A DNA stretch of 47,821 nt from a virus (lineage: Duplodnaviria; Caudoviricetes). Shown in pieces: positions 8,672 to 17,089 of this stretch. The translations under genes and the position numbers were made by a program. How positions within the stretch are numbered: the first letter of the stretch is position 1; every line of letters begins with the position of its first letter. The notes beneath the pieces are model-generated. The model was not told the DNA's origin. It ran no database searches and was given only the letters and a program-made list of their open reading frames with translations. The stretch spans positions 1-47,821 of the IMG/VR virus record IMGVR_UViG_3300037722_000645, one strand, 5' to 3'.

Positions 8672-9463
8672 TTACCTCACAACTGTCGTTTCGCGCTCGT
8701 AGATGCGCACGCCGGGCAGCTCCCGGCCGCCGGCCTTGACGTAGCCGCGGATTGCCTGCTCGACCGCCGCGATCGGCAGATAGGGGCGGATCGTCTCCAG
8801 CGGGATCGCGTGGATGTCGAGCACCTCGAAATCCCAGGTCGTCCGCAGGCTGGCCACGGCGCCGAGATCGCCCCTGGTGCGGTGCAGATCGGCGGCCTTG
8901 GCCTCGGCTTCCTTCTGCCGCTGGAGGGCATCGGCGCGGGCCTGATTGGCGGCCCTCTCGGCCTCGACCGCGACATCGAGATCCTGCTCGCTCGCCATGG
9001 CGGCGGCACGCTCGGCGGCCTCCTTGGCGGCGCGCTCCGCTTCCTCGCGGGCCAGGCGCTCGGCTTCCTCGCGGCGGCGGCGTTCCTCGGCCGCCTTGGC
9101 GCGCTGGTAGATGGTCAGGCGGTCCTCGACCTTCTTCTTGACCAGCAGCAGGCCGTCCTTGATCGGGGAGAAAAAGCCGTCGATGGCCCGGCCGCCGGCC
9201 AGATAGGGCTCCTTGGCGGCAACGCGCCGGGCGTCGGCGTCCTTGGCCGTGGCGGTCAGTTGCTTGATGAAGTCGGCCGCCTTGGTCGCGCTGGCGTCGT
9301 CGATCTCGGCCGGGACGCGCTCGAGCCCCGCGACGAGCTCGGTCTTGCGCCTCAGCAGATCGGCGTTTTCCTCGGTCAGGCGCTCGCGGATGATCTCGGC
9401 CTGCGAGGGCGCATCCTCGGGAGGGAGATTGTGGCCCAGCTGGGCAACGGCAACGTCGGTCAT
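8672..9463 (-). CDS. Coiled-coil phage protein associated with the recombination module
   Basis: GHNLPP N-terminus, long E/A/R coil, C-terminal LPGVRIYE; start MTDV (9463). Confidence 0.8.
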   Translation of the reverse strand: MTDVAVAQLGHNLPPEDAPSQAEIIRERLTEENADLLRRKTELVAGLERVPAEIDDASATKAADFIKQLTATAKDADARRVAAKEPYLAGGRAIDGFFSPIKDGLLLVKKKVEDRLTIYQRAKAAEERRRREEAERLAREEAERAAKEAAERAAAMASEQDLDVAVEAERAANQARADALQRQKEAEAKAADLHRTRGDLGAVASLRTTWDFEVLDIHAIPLETIRPYLPIAAVEQAIRGYVKAGGRELPGVRIYERETTVVR

Positions 9464-9467
9464 GTCG

Positions 9468-10019
9468 TCATTCCTTTCTTGCAAACTCGCCAAAGTGTTG
9501 AAGGGCCGCCGCCATGTATGCGCGGCTGGCTTCTTCTGCTGTGCCGAAGCGGCCAAGCGCTATCGTCCGGCCCGCGACTTTGATGTATGCCAGGTACCGG
9601 CCGGTCGCTCTCTCAAGGCAAACGCCCTTTACGCCGATGGCGTTGTTGACCTGGGCGCAGCGGTTGGCGAGGTTCTGGCTACGGGTTGCTTCTCGGAGGT
9701 TCGCCCAGCGATTGTTAAGCCCGTCACGGTCGCGGTGGTCTATATCGTCAGACGGCCACTCGCCAGTCATGTAGAGCCAGATCAAGCGATGCGCTGCGTA
9801 GAGCCTGCCTCCGAGGTTCACGTAGCAGTAAGACAGACTGTCTCCCGCTGGTCTGGTTGAGCCAGCCGGCTTGCCGGCATACCGGGTGTTCCACTTTTTG
9901 CGGTCGCGACTTGACACGAAATCGCCTTGGGGGCGCGTTCGCCAAAACAGCGACCCGGATTCCGGGTCATAGGCAAAACGCCTATGGACAAGAGCTTGCG
10001 TGAGTGGCGACGCGTTCAT
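9468..10019 (-). CDS. HNH homing endonuclease with C-terminal AP2-like domain
   Basis: AHRLIW..IDHRDRDGLNNRWANLREAT..N followed by GVKGV...LGRF.TAEEA..AY. Confidence 0.93.
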   Translation of the reverse strand: MNASPLTQALVHRRFAYDPESGSLFWRTRPQGDFVSSRDRKKWNTRYAGKPAGSTRPAGDSLSYCYVNLGGRLYAAHRLIWLYMTGEWPSDDIDHRDRDGLNNRWANLREATRSQNLANRCAQVNNAIGVKGVCLERATGRYLAYIKVAGRTIALGRFGTAEEASRAYMAAALQHFGEFARKE

Positions 10020-10357
10020 CAGAACACCGCCGGCAATTTGTTTAGATCAATCGGCACGGTTGGATTTGCCGCAGGCGCAGATGGTTGATAGGCGCGGTCC
10101 CACGCTGCGGCATTAACGAGATACAGATATTCCGCCTCGGTGATTTGATGGAGGAATGGCCATGACCGCGCCAGCTCGGCCGGCTTGTCGTCGACGAGGC
10201 AGAGCAGCGGCGGGTAGCGGTCGATCGCCTGGAAGGTCTCCGGGTTGAACTCGATCGCGCATGGCCTGTAGACCAGCGCGGCAACCCAGGGGCCCTTGCG
10301 CACGAGGCGGGTGCGATAGAAGCCGGGCGTCGGGGTGTCGATGCGGCGCTCCATCAC
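10019..10357 (-). CDS. Conserved phage hypothetical protein
   Basis: PGFYRTRLVRKGPWV...ITEAEY motif; coupled to next gene. Confidence 0.75.
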   Translation of the reverse strand: MMERRIDTPTPGFYRTRLVRKGPWVAALVYRPCAIEFNPETFQAIDRYPPLLCLVDDKPAELARSWPFLHQITEAEYLYLVNAAAWDRAYQPSAPAANPTVPIDLNKLPAVF

Positions 10358-10749
10358 CCCAGCCTCCGTCTCGGTTGCGCGCTGGCGATCCCGTGGACCA
10401 GCAGGCTGCGCTTCGTCGGGCTGTTCGCCAGCTTGTCCGGCTTGGGCAGCGGCCGGCGCAGCAGGACGTGCAGGAGCCAGCGGATCACAGCCCCACCTCC
10501 AGCATCGGCCGCAGCAGCCCCTCGCAGACCGCCCAGACCATCAGCAGCAGCATCGCGAGCGCGAGCGCCTGGGCGGAGAGGTTGGTGTAGTGGCGGAGGC
10601 GGATCACGGGCCGCGCCTCCGCAACTCGGCAATTTTGCTGTCGCGCCACTGGCGAATCGCGCCGAGGACTGCCATGCCGACAATGATGCCGAAGCAAAAG
10701 GACGCACCCATCGCGGCCCACAGCACGTCTAGATGTACGGTCATCGTCC

Positions 10750-11088
10750 CTATCCCTCCACCTCATCGAAATCGGGGTCCGGCCGGCCCAGCTGCACGAC
10801 AGCGGAGCGCGCGCCGACCGCGCTCAGCAGCCCCGCCATCATCCCCTCCCTGTCCGCCGCGACCTCGACCAGCAGCAGCCGCGGTGCCGGCGCCTTGGCC
10901 TCGTGATCGAGCAACAGCCCGCGACAGGCGGGGAGCGTCCAGAACGGAGCAGCGCCATCGCGGAGCCACTTGCCGAGCGCGCTTTCGGAGACGCGGAAGC
11001 AGGCGGCGAGATCGGCGCGGCCGATGCCGAGCCGGTGCATGACTTGCTCGATGTGCGCGACGTTTTCGGTCGAGTGCTTGCGGGTCAT
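10750..11088 (-). CDS. HTH DNA-binding protein
   Basis: RADLAACFRVSESALGKWLRDG; start MTRKH (11088), ATGA overlap. Confidence 0.7.
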   Translation of the reverse strand: MTRKHSTENVAHIEQVMHRLGIGRADLAACFRVSESALGKWLRDGAAPFWTLPACRGLLLDHEAKAPAPRLLLVEVAADREGMMAGLLSAVGARSAVVQLGRPDPDFDEVEG

Positions 11089-11378
11089 GGGACCGCGTCC
11101 AGGGTGCGCAGGCAGGTGCGGGCGGTGATGTTGGTGTCGGGCGTGCCGGCGTCTACTTTCTTGACAAAGGAGACCAACCAATCCGGGCCATCAATTGCGC
11201 CGCTCCAGCGGAGCGGGCCGACGCGGTACACGCCTCCATAGACAGCGCAAGGTTGCCCAGACCGCTCAGTAAGAAATTGAGCGACGGGGCAGCGAGTGCA
11301 GCTCCCTCTCACGCCAGATACTTCACGCGGTCTCGTCTTCGCCAGCCACGCCCTAAAGCCATTTCGTGTCAGCCGCAT
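11085..11378 (-). CDS. Hypothetical phage protein
   Basis: 97 aa, AGGAG RBS. Confidence 0.65.
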   Translation of the reverse strand: MRLTRNGFRAWLAKTRPREVSGVRGSCTRCPVAQFLTERSGQPCAVYGGVYRVGPLRWSGAIDGPDWLVSFVKKVDAGTPDTNITARTCLRTLDAVP

Positions 11379-11380
11379 GG

Positions 11381-11794
11381 TTATCTCCTGCTCCGTCGCT
11401 CGACAGCCGCTTCGGCCCTCGCCCGGAATCGCTTCGCCTCACGCTCGGCCGCCCTGAAACGTGCCGACCGTTTTTGCTTGGCCCAGAGATGCAGCTCGCA
11501 GGTAATCAGGATGCGAACCGTCCCCCAGCCGAGCTTGGTCGCGCTCCACTGTGCCACTGCCATGTAGCGCTTGACGGCGCACAGGTGGCGGATGACGCGC
11601 CAGGTCACGCTGGCGTCCTGCGGCCACTCCATCGCCTCTGCCAGCAAGTCGCGCGGCAGATAGTCGCGCAAGCAAAGCTCGCTGCGGATGTACTTCTCCG
11701 CCACCCGCTGCCGCGTCTCGATATCGACAAGCCGAGCTTCCCGGCCTATGATTTCGAGCACGTTCTGTAGCGTGGCCTGGGTGACGGGGTGCAT
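11381..11794 (-). CDS. Hypothetical phage protein
   Basis: 137 aa, tightly packed. Confidence 0.6.
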   Translation of the reverse strand: MHPVTQATLQNVLEIIGREARLVDIETRQRVAEKYIRSELCLRDYLPRDLLAEAMEWPQDASVTWRVIRHLCAVKRYMAVAQWSATKLGWGTVRILITCELHLWAKQKRSARFRAAEREAKRFRARAEAAVERRSRR

Positions 11795-11797
11795 CGG

Positions 11798-12232
11798 TCA
11801 GCCCTTCCAGCCCTTCGCCGCTAGCAGGGCGTCGATCGCGTCGGCGACGTGGGCGGGCGTCACGGCGTCGATTGAGCCGGCACGCTGGACGGCAGGCCCT
11901 TGGCTGGCAAGAAACAGCCGGTGAGCTTCGTCGAAGGTGAGGCCAAGGGCTGAGCCAATAACATCTTCGTCGCCGAATGGATTGGGCAGCCAAGAGCGGG
12001 TTTGCGCCGGCCACAGGACGCACGCCACGCCGATAGCGCAGCCCGTTGTCCCGCAAGGCTGCTGCCTCAGACAATGGGAGAACCGCCAGCGATGGTCGCG
12101 CGCCTCCCACCACTCCGGATGCCGCAGCGCCTCGGATAGCTGCGCCAGCCCGGCGAGGCCTTCGCGCAACACGGGGTCGAACGTCGTCGGCTTGACGGCG
12201 GGCAGCTTGAACGTCACGGAATCGAATGGCAT
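11798..12232 (-). CDS. Hypothetical phage protein
   Basis: CGTTGCAIG motif; AAGGAG RBS. Confidence 0.7.
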   Translation of the reverse strand: MPFDSVTFKLPAVKPTTFDPVLREGLAGLAQLSEALRHPEWWEARDHRWRFSHCLRQQPCGTTGCAIGVACVLWPAQTRSWLPNPFGDEDVIGSALGLTFDEAHRLFLASQGPAVQRAGSIDAVTPAHVADAIDALLAAKGWKG

Positions 12233-12236
12233 GTCT

Positions 12237-12584
12237 CTACTCCTTCTTGGCGCCGGCCAGGGCGGTGCGACCGATCTGGCGCGCCTCGCTTATCAAGTCG
12301 GCCGCCCTTTGCTCGATCCGCTCATTGCCCCGGTTTGTCTCGGCGTGAATCTGTTCATTGATGGCCGCCAAGGACTTCTCCAGCGCGGCTACGAGGGCGT
12401 CGTGGTTGTTGGCGGCGCGGACGATGAAGGCGGCGTTGGCCGCTGCCCGCGGATTGCTTTGTGAGCAATTTGGCACGATCGCTATTTGTTGTGCGCCGTT
12501 GGTAATCGACCAGTCGCCGAGCCGCGTCCGCTTGTTGCGTTCCCACCAGTTGGCCTGCCAAGGCGTCTTGGTATGCTCGCTCAT
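12237..12584 (-). CDS. Conserved phage hypothetical protein
   Basis: MSEHTKTPW...ANAAFIVRAANNHDALVAALE pattern; start 12584. Confidence 0.8.
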   Translation of the reverse strand: MSEHTKTPWQANWWERNKRTRLGDWSITNGAQQIAIVPNCSQSNPRAAANAAFIVRAANNHDALVAALEKSLAAINEQIHAETNRGNERIEQRAADLISEARQIGRTALAGAKKE

Positions 12585-12913
12585 GTCTCTCTCCCGCTCG
12601 GGTTGGCGGCGAGGGCGGCGCTGATGCACCCGACAACGCGGTCGCGCTCCGCTTGCCATGCCTGCGAGCGGTCGGCCATGGCGAGCACGCGCCGCGCATC
12701 CTCCAGCGCGGCTACGAGGGCGGCGGAGTGGCAGAGCTTGCCGGCGATGCCGTCGAAGTCCGCCCGCGAGATTCCCACCGTTTCGCTCGGGCTGCGGCTG
12801 TACAGCTCCACGCCCAACTCGCAGCACGTCACCGCAATCGGCTCCATGCCGAGGCCGTTATCGACATAGTGGAACGGGTCGCGTCCGCAAAATGGGCAGG
12901 GCTGCTCGCTCAC
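12581..12913 (-). CDS. Lar-like zinc-finger protein
   Basis: PCPFCG N-terminus; GTG start at 12913 after GGAG. Confidence 0.6.
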   Translation of the reverse strand: MSEQPCPFCGRDPFHYVDNGLGMEPIAVTCCELGVELYSRSPSETVGISRADFDGIAGKLCHSAALVAALEDARRVLAMADRSQAWQAERDRVVGCISAALAANPSGRET

Positions 12914-12982
12914 ATCTCTCTCCTGCATTCGGGCGGCTGGTATGGGGGGGCAAGTTGACGGCCAGCCGCCCGAGGGCCAGGG

Positions 12983-13255
12983 TTACCGGGAGCCGCCCGG
13001 CGCGGAGGCGTTAAGCGTTTCGCGAATATCAGTCGCGAGCTGTGGGTACTCCTCGGCACATGCGCCGGCATAAGCCTCCAGGGCGGGCCTCGCGAATTTG
13101 TCATGCGTGAGATCGAGCACGAAATAGTCGCAGCCGTCATGCTTGCCGCCGGGGTCGCTAGAACCATCAGCGCGGCAAACGATGAACTTCCGATACAACC
13201 CCTGTTCAGATTTGGGCAGTGACCGATCAAACTCAGGCAAATGTTTGAACTTCAT
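12983..13255 (-). CDS. Conserved phage hypothetical protein
   Basis: GLYRKF.V.R.DG...GGKH..C.YFVLDLTHD.FA.PAL.AYA motif; start MKFK. Confidence 0.8.
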   Translation of the reverse strand: MKFKHLPEFDRSLPKSEQGLYRKFIVCRADGSSDPGGKHDGCDYFVLDLTHDKFARPALEAYAGACAEEYPQLATDIRETLNASAPGGSR

Positions 13256-13295
13256 CCTCGTCTCTCCTGTCCCTACTGCCCGGCGTGGCGGGTGG

Positions 13296-13541
13296 TTAGG
13301 CCGGCTCGTGCGGATTGACTTCGACCTGGATACCGCCGGACAGCCGCATGATGGTCGGCTCGCCGTCAGCAAAAAGCTGTTCGATCCAAGCGCCGCCGAA
13401 TTCGAGGTTGTCCAAGCAGCCATTCAAGGTGCTGCCGGGGTCGCGCCGCAGTCGCTCGACTTCGACGCCAAGGTTGTCAGCCATTGCCTGCAGGTCATCA
13501 TCGTCAAACGTGATGGAAACAATCGCCCGGTAAGTCGTCAT
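13296..13541 (-). CDS. Hypothetical phage protein
   Basis: 81 aa, AAGGAG RBS. Confidence 0.65.
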   Translation of the reverse strand: MTTYRAIVSITFDDDDLQAMADNLGVEVERLRRDPGSTLNGCLDNLEFGGAWIEQLFADGEPTIMRLSGGIQVEVNPHEPA

Positions 13542-13634
13542 CGTCTCACTCCTTGTTACGCTACTTGCCCTTGGCGCGCTGCTGGCGCTGCCGTTCGGAC
13601 TTGCGCCGGGACTTCGGCTTGCGGCGGGCGGTGC

Positions 13635-13988
13635 TCATAGCTCGACAGCCTCCGAAATCATGCCCGGCTTGGCTTCCTTAACTGCTTCGATAAACCCGGC
13701 GCGGTCCTCTGGCGTGCTGAAATAGAGCACCAGCGGCTCGCAGTCGGAGACCTTGCGGTGCACCGATTGCAGGTTCCGGCGCTCGATGATCTTCCACAGC
13801 GCGGCTGCCTGCTGATCGCCCGCCTTGATGAACCAGCGATAGGGATCCTCGCGGAAGGTCGTCCAGGCGGCCCATTCCTCGCCGCCCTCGCCGGGGTGTG
13901 TGTCGCGCCCGTAGACGGCCTGCATGAACTCGTCTGCATCGATGTTCAGCAGGATTCTTAGAAAATTGTGAAATTCGCGCAGGTTCAT
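13635..13988 (-). CDS. Hypothetical phage protein
   Basis: Start MNLREF after AGGAG. Confidence 0.65.
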   Translation of the reverse strand: MNLREFHNFLRILLNIDADEFMQAVYGRDTHPGEGGEEWAAWTTFREDPYRWFIKAGDQQAAALWKIIERRNLQSVHRKVSDCEPLVLYFSTPEDRAGFIEAVKEAKPGMISEAVEL

Positions 13989-14031
13989 CGCATCACTCCT
14001 GGGCTTGGCGGGCGGTGGACATGGCGGGCTC

Positions 14032-14280
14032 CTAGACTGCGGACTCTCTGCACTGCGAACAAACCGGACGCTCGCTGTGCAAACCGCGATTGATCTGCTC
14101 GTGGTGCGCGGCGGGATCAACGCCCAAGCGTATTGCTTCGGCATGGCACAGCAGGCGCAGCGCCTCGGTGCTGCCCATGAAGTAGGCCAAGCGGGGGTCG
14201 CGCGTGATGCGATTGAGCATATAGCTGACGGCCCGGTCAGCGGGCGCCAACTCGGTGTGTGGGGCGCCAAAATCAGTCAT
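14032..14280 (-). CDS. Hypothetical phage protein
   Basis: Start MTDFG after GGAGG. Confidence 0.6.
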   Translation of the reverse strand: MTDFGAPHTELAPADRAVSYMLNRITRDPRLAYFMGSTEALRLLCHAEAIRLGVDPAAHHEQINRGLHSERPVCSQCRESAV

Positions 14281-14467
14281 GATCTGGCCCTCCATGTCTG
14301 TTGGTATTTTGCTCGCGGCGCTCAAAATCGCGCAAAATTTCGCGGCGCATTCCTGGCGACAACGACTCGAATTGCTGTTGAGTACCCTTGAAGCAGCCTG
14401 TCGGGAGATCACTGAAGGCGGGCGGCGGGGAGCTCGGGGTATACGACCAGTAGTTTTCGTCGGACAT
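14273..14467 (-). CDS. Hypothetical phage protein
   Basis: Start MSDENYW after GGAG. Confidence 0.55.
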   Translation of the reverse strand: MSDENYWSYTPSSPPPAFSDLPTGCFKGTQQQFESLSPGMRREILRDFERREQNTNRHGGPDHD

Positions 14468-14490
14468 CTCTAGCTCCATGGGCTCCGGGG

Positions 14491-15225
14491 TTAGGCTGCG
14501 GACTCGGCTGCACGCCACTCGTCCAGGAAATCCGCGTCCTTCTCGTTCAGCCAGACGAGGCTTTCCTGAACGGCTTTGGCTTGTTCGGGCTTCAGCGACG
14601 CATACGAGCGTGAGGCGACGTAGCGACCGCCAGCAATTGGGTATTCGTCCAGTTCGCAGATACGCTCAAGCAGGCGGCTCAGGCGTCGTTCGGCCTCATA
14701 GGCACGGTCGTCGGCCTGCTTAATGGCCGCGTCCTTAAGCGAGTGAACGTATAGACTGCGAAGCTTGGCGCGGTCCTGATTGCGTGCGTCCAATTCGGAG
14801 CGGCGGGATACGGCCATGGCCTCGGCCGCAGACCGCGCCGCCTCTTCGGAATCGAACAGCTTGCTTTCGCTGTAGACGGAGCCGCTGCCAATGCCCGTCT
14901 CGCCGCACATGTACTCAACGTGGTCATCGCCGCTGTGGAGCGGGCGCGAGCAGGCGCGGACCATGCCGATGGTTAGCCGGCGGACAGAAGGCCCGGCGCT
15001 TTGGAGAGTTAGATAGCCACGGCCGCTACAGCGCGGGCACTCGACCGTGCTTTCATAGCCTGCCGGCGACTTCACGGCCCATGTGCCCTGCTTCAAGCAG
15101 TCCGGGCAGTCGTGCTTTTCCTGGGCCGGTTCAGTGCCGGCGTGCCAGACGGTCTGGCCCATCCGATACCTTGGCGTCGGGAGGTCGGTTTGCTGTTCTG
15201 CCGCGTCGGCCATCGCTCGCTCCAT
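14491..15225 (-). CDS. Hypothetical protein with DnaJ-type CxxC..CxxCxGxG zinc finger; first gene of the left operon
   Basis: CPDC...CPRCSGRG. Confidence 0.75.
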   Translation of the reverse strand: MERAMADAAEQQTDLPTPRYRMGQTVWHAGTEPAQEKHDCPDCLKQGTWAVKSPAGYESTVECPRCSGRGYLTLQSAGPSVRRLTIGMVRACSRPLHSGDDHVEYMCGETGIGSGSVYSESKLFDSEEAARSAAEAMAVSRRSELDARNQDRAKLRSLYVHSLKDAAIKQADDRAYEAERRLSRLLERICELDEYPIAGGRYVASRSYASLKPEQAKAVQESLVWLNEKDADFLDEWRAAESAA

Positions 15226-15368
15226 CGGTCTCTGGTGCCCGGCGTCCGGGCGGCTGGCGGAAGCTTTGAGGGAGGGGAGGGGCCAGCCGCCCGGTGCCTA
15301 AGTGCGGTCCCTGTGACCGGCCGGGTGGCGTCCCGGCAGCGCGGCCCTCGAGAGTGAGGGTTGCCCTT

Positions 15369-15422
15369 TATGTACCCCATAGGCACAAACAGGTCAAGCA
15401 GAATTTGTGCCTGCAAGGTACA
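15369..15422 (-). promoter_or_regulatory. PL promoter with operators OL1/OL2
   Basis: TTGACC(15397-15392)-N17-TACATA; operators TGTACC-CCATA-GGCACA (15371-15387) and TGTGCC-TGCAA-GGTACA (15406-15422). Confidence 0.8.
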
Positions 15423-15457
15423 ATTCGCTTGCCAGGGGTCTAGAGACCGCGCTATAG

Positions 15458-15776
15458 CTGGAGAACAAAAGGGGGCCTCGCAGGGCCCCCTTGAATGCCG
15501 CCGCGGACGGTTTGAGACAGTGGCGCGACGGCGCGGTAGCGTTACCACGGGGCGCGGCCACAGCGCAAGGGCAGTCCGAAAGGTGAAGGCCCGGCCGCCG
15601 GGGGAACCCCTCCCTCGCAAGCAGTCACCGACTCTGGCGCGGGGTACGGCAGCCAGAGGCCCGAAGCGATAGGCCGGCTCCGAAGGGCACCTTCACGCTG
15701 ATGGGCTAGGAACAGCCCCTGTCACTAAGGGGCTGGTCGTCCTATGCCCATCGCTCCAGACCTCACCAAAGGGCAG
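15458..15776 (+). ncRNA. Candidate structured non-coding RNA of unknown family
   Basis: No credible ORF; many nested complementary segments, GAAA/GCAA loops and an upstream sigma70-like promoter (see findings). Confidence 0.55.
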
Positions 15777-15795
15777 TTTAGAAGATAGAAGGGAA

Positions 15796-16155
15796 TCAGG
15801 CCCTTTTGCGCTGCCCTGGCTTGCGCAGAGAGCCGAGTCGGGCCAGCAGTGTCTCGCCGACCTCGAGCCAAGCCGTGCGGGTGTCTTCGTCCATCTGGGC
15901 AGCGAGGCGCAGAACTTCCTGGCCTTCTTCGTCGGGCGGCATGCGGGTGTTGAAGAAAATCTCGCCAGGATCCATGCGGAAGGCCTTGCCGATCCGGCGC
16001 ATGAGACTCTGGCTCGGGTTCTTCAAGCCGGTCTCGACCCTTTGTATATGTGCGTGTGAACAGCCGCTTAGGTTTGCGAGCTGCTGTTGCGTCCACTTCT
16101 TGGAAGTGCGCAGCTCCAGCACTCTGTTAGGCGCTTGCGGCCGTTTCTTCGACAT
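15796..16155 (-). CDS. cI: CI-like XRE repressor (119 aa, no S24 peptidase domain)
   Basis: NRVLELRTSKKWTQQQLANLSGCSHAHIQRVETG HTH; start MSKK (16155); divergent from cro. Confidence 0.88.
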   Translation of the reverse strand: MSKKRPQAPNRVLELRTSKKWTQQQLANLSGCSHAHIQRVETGLKNPSQSLMRRIGKAFRMDPGEIFFNTRMPPDEEGQEVLRLAAQMDEDTRTAWLEVGETLLARLGSLRKPGQRKRA

Positions 16156-16163
16156 CCCCGGAA

Positions 16164-16247
16164 TGTACCTGCCTGGCACATCGGGAAGAACGGCCTCGTT
16201 GGTACAAAGCACTTGACCAAGATTGTGCCCATGGGGTACAAAGTCAA
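16164..16247. promoter_or_regulatory. OR operators and PR promoter
   Basis: TGTACC-TGCCT-GGCACA (16164-16180), ACGGCC-TCGTT-GGTACA (16190-16206), TGTGCC-CATGG-GGTACA (16224-16240); TTGACC(16213)-N18-TACAAA. Confidence 0.82.
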
Positions 16248-16248
16248 G

Positions 16249-16449
16249 ATGCTTCTTTCCGAGTGGCTGAAACGCGAGAAGATCGGTGTCGAGGAGTTCG
16301 GCAAGCGGATCGGCCGAAGCCACGCGACCGTCTCTCGCTGGTGCACCGGCAAGCGGACACCCAGCTTCGACGCACTCCAGAAGATCATGAAGGCGACGAA
16401 CGGCGAGGTTACCGCCGAAGACTTCTTTCGGTCTAGCGCCGCCGCGTGA
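16249..16449 (+). CDS. cro: Cro-like repressor
   Basis: MLLSEWLKRE...EEFGKRIGRSHATVSRWCTGKRTP...I.KAT.GEVTAEDF, 66 aa. Confidence 0.88.
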   Translation: MLLSEWLKREKIGVEEFGKRIGRSHATVSRWCTGKRTPSFDALQKIMKATNGEVTAEDFFRSSAAA

Positions 16450-16489
16450 GGGTGACATGCGAACAAGTCGCAGAAACGGGGGCTGACGC

Positions 16490-17089
16490 ATGGCAGCAGT
16501 CCAATCGAATGGCGCTCTTGACGGCGCGACGAGGGTCAGCATCCCGGTTCGTTTCGATCAGCAGAACACGAACGGCCTGTGGAAAACAAGGGCGGAGAAA
16601 GAATTTAACGCCCGCGTGCTCGCCAAATACGGGTGCAGCGCTACACAGTATCGTGAAGTCCGCAGTCTCGGCCGGAAGCTCATGGCCCAAGGCTTCCCTT
16701 ATGAGCGGACACCGCTCGGCGCTTTCTCCCGGCAAAGGACATATGCCAAAAAGCGGGGCGTTGGCTGGGAGATAACATTCTGGGAATGGTGGACTATTTG
16801 GGACGAGTCCGGCCACTGGAACGAGCGCGGCACGGGGCAAGGCTATGTCATGTGCCGGGTGGGCGATTCCGGCCCATACGCCGCCTGGAATGTCCGGATT
16901 GCCCCAGCGACCGAAAATAATCTTGAGGGGAGCGGCAAGAAAAGCGGCCTGCCGATCGGCGTGTCGGTGTTTCAGGGGCAGTTCCGCGCCAGTCGCTTAA
17001 TTGACGGCACACTTCGCAGGACGAACGGCCACAAGACGCCCGAAGAGGCGCACGCCTCCTACGTAGCCATGGGGCGTGGCCATGGTTGA
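16490..17089 (+). CDS. HNH-like (His-Me finger) endonuclease with AP2-like C-terminus
   Basis: AKKRG..WEITF.EW..IW..SG.W..RG....YVMCR.GD.GPY...NV.I....EN, then LPIGV...TPEEAHASY. Confidence 0.75.
   Translation: MAAVQSNGALDGATRVSIPVRFDQQNTNGLWKTRAEKEFNARVLAKYGCSATQYREVRSLGRKLMAQGFPYERTPLGAFSRQRTYAKKRGVGWEITFWEWWTIWDESGHWNERGTGQGYVMCRVGDSGPYAAWNVRIAPATENNLEGSGKKSGLPIGVSVFQGQFRASRLIDGTLRRTNGHKTPEEAHASYVAMGRGHG

Noticed and set aside
15467-15493. Hairpin read solely as the cI terminator, explaining the whole non-coding gap
   Set aside because: It may well terminate minus-strand transcription (hairpin then TTTT), but it accounts for under 30 of ~360 nt and not for the nested pairings downstream
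15796-16542. 248-aa version of cI and 120-aa version of cro from the ORF track
   Set aside because: The extensions run through the operators and the opposite gene; the HTH domains start at 16155 and 16249
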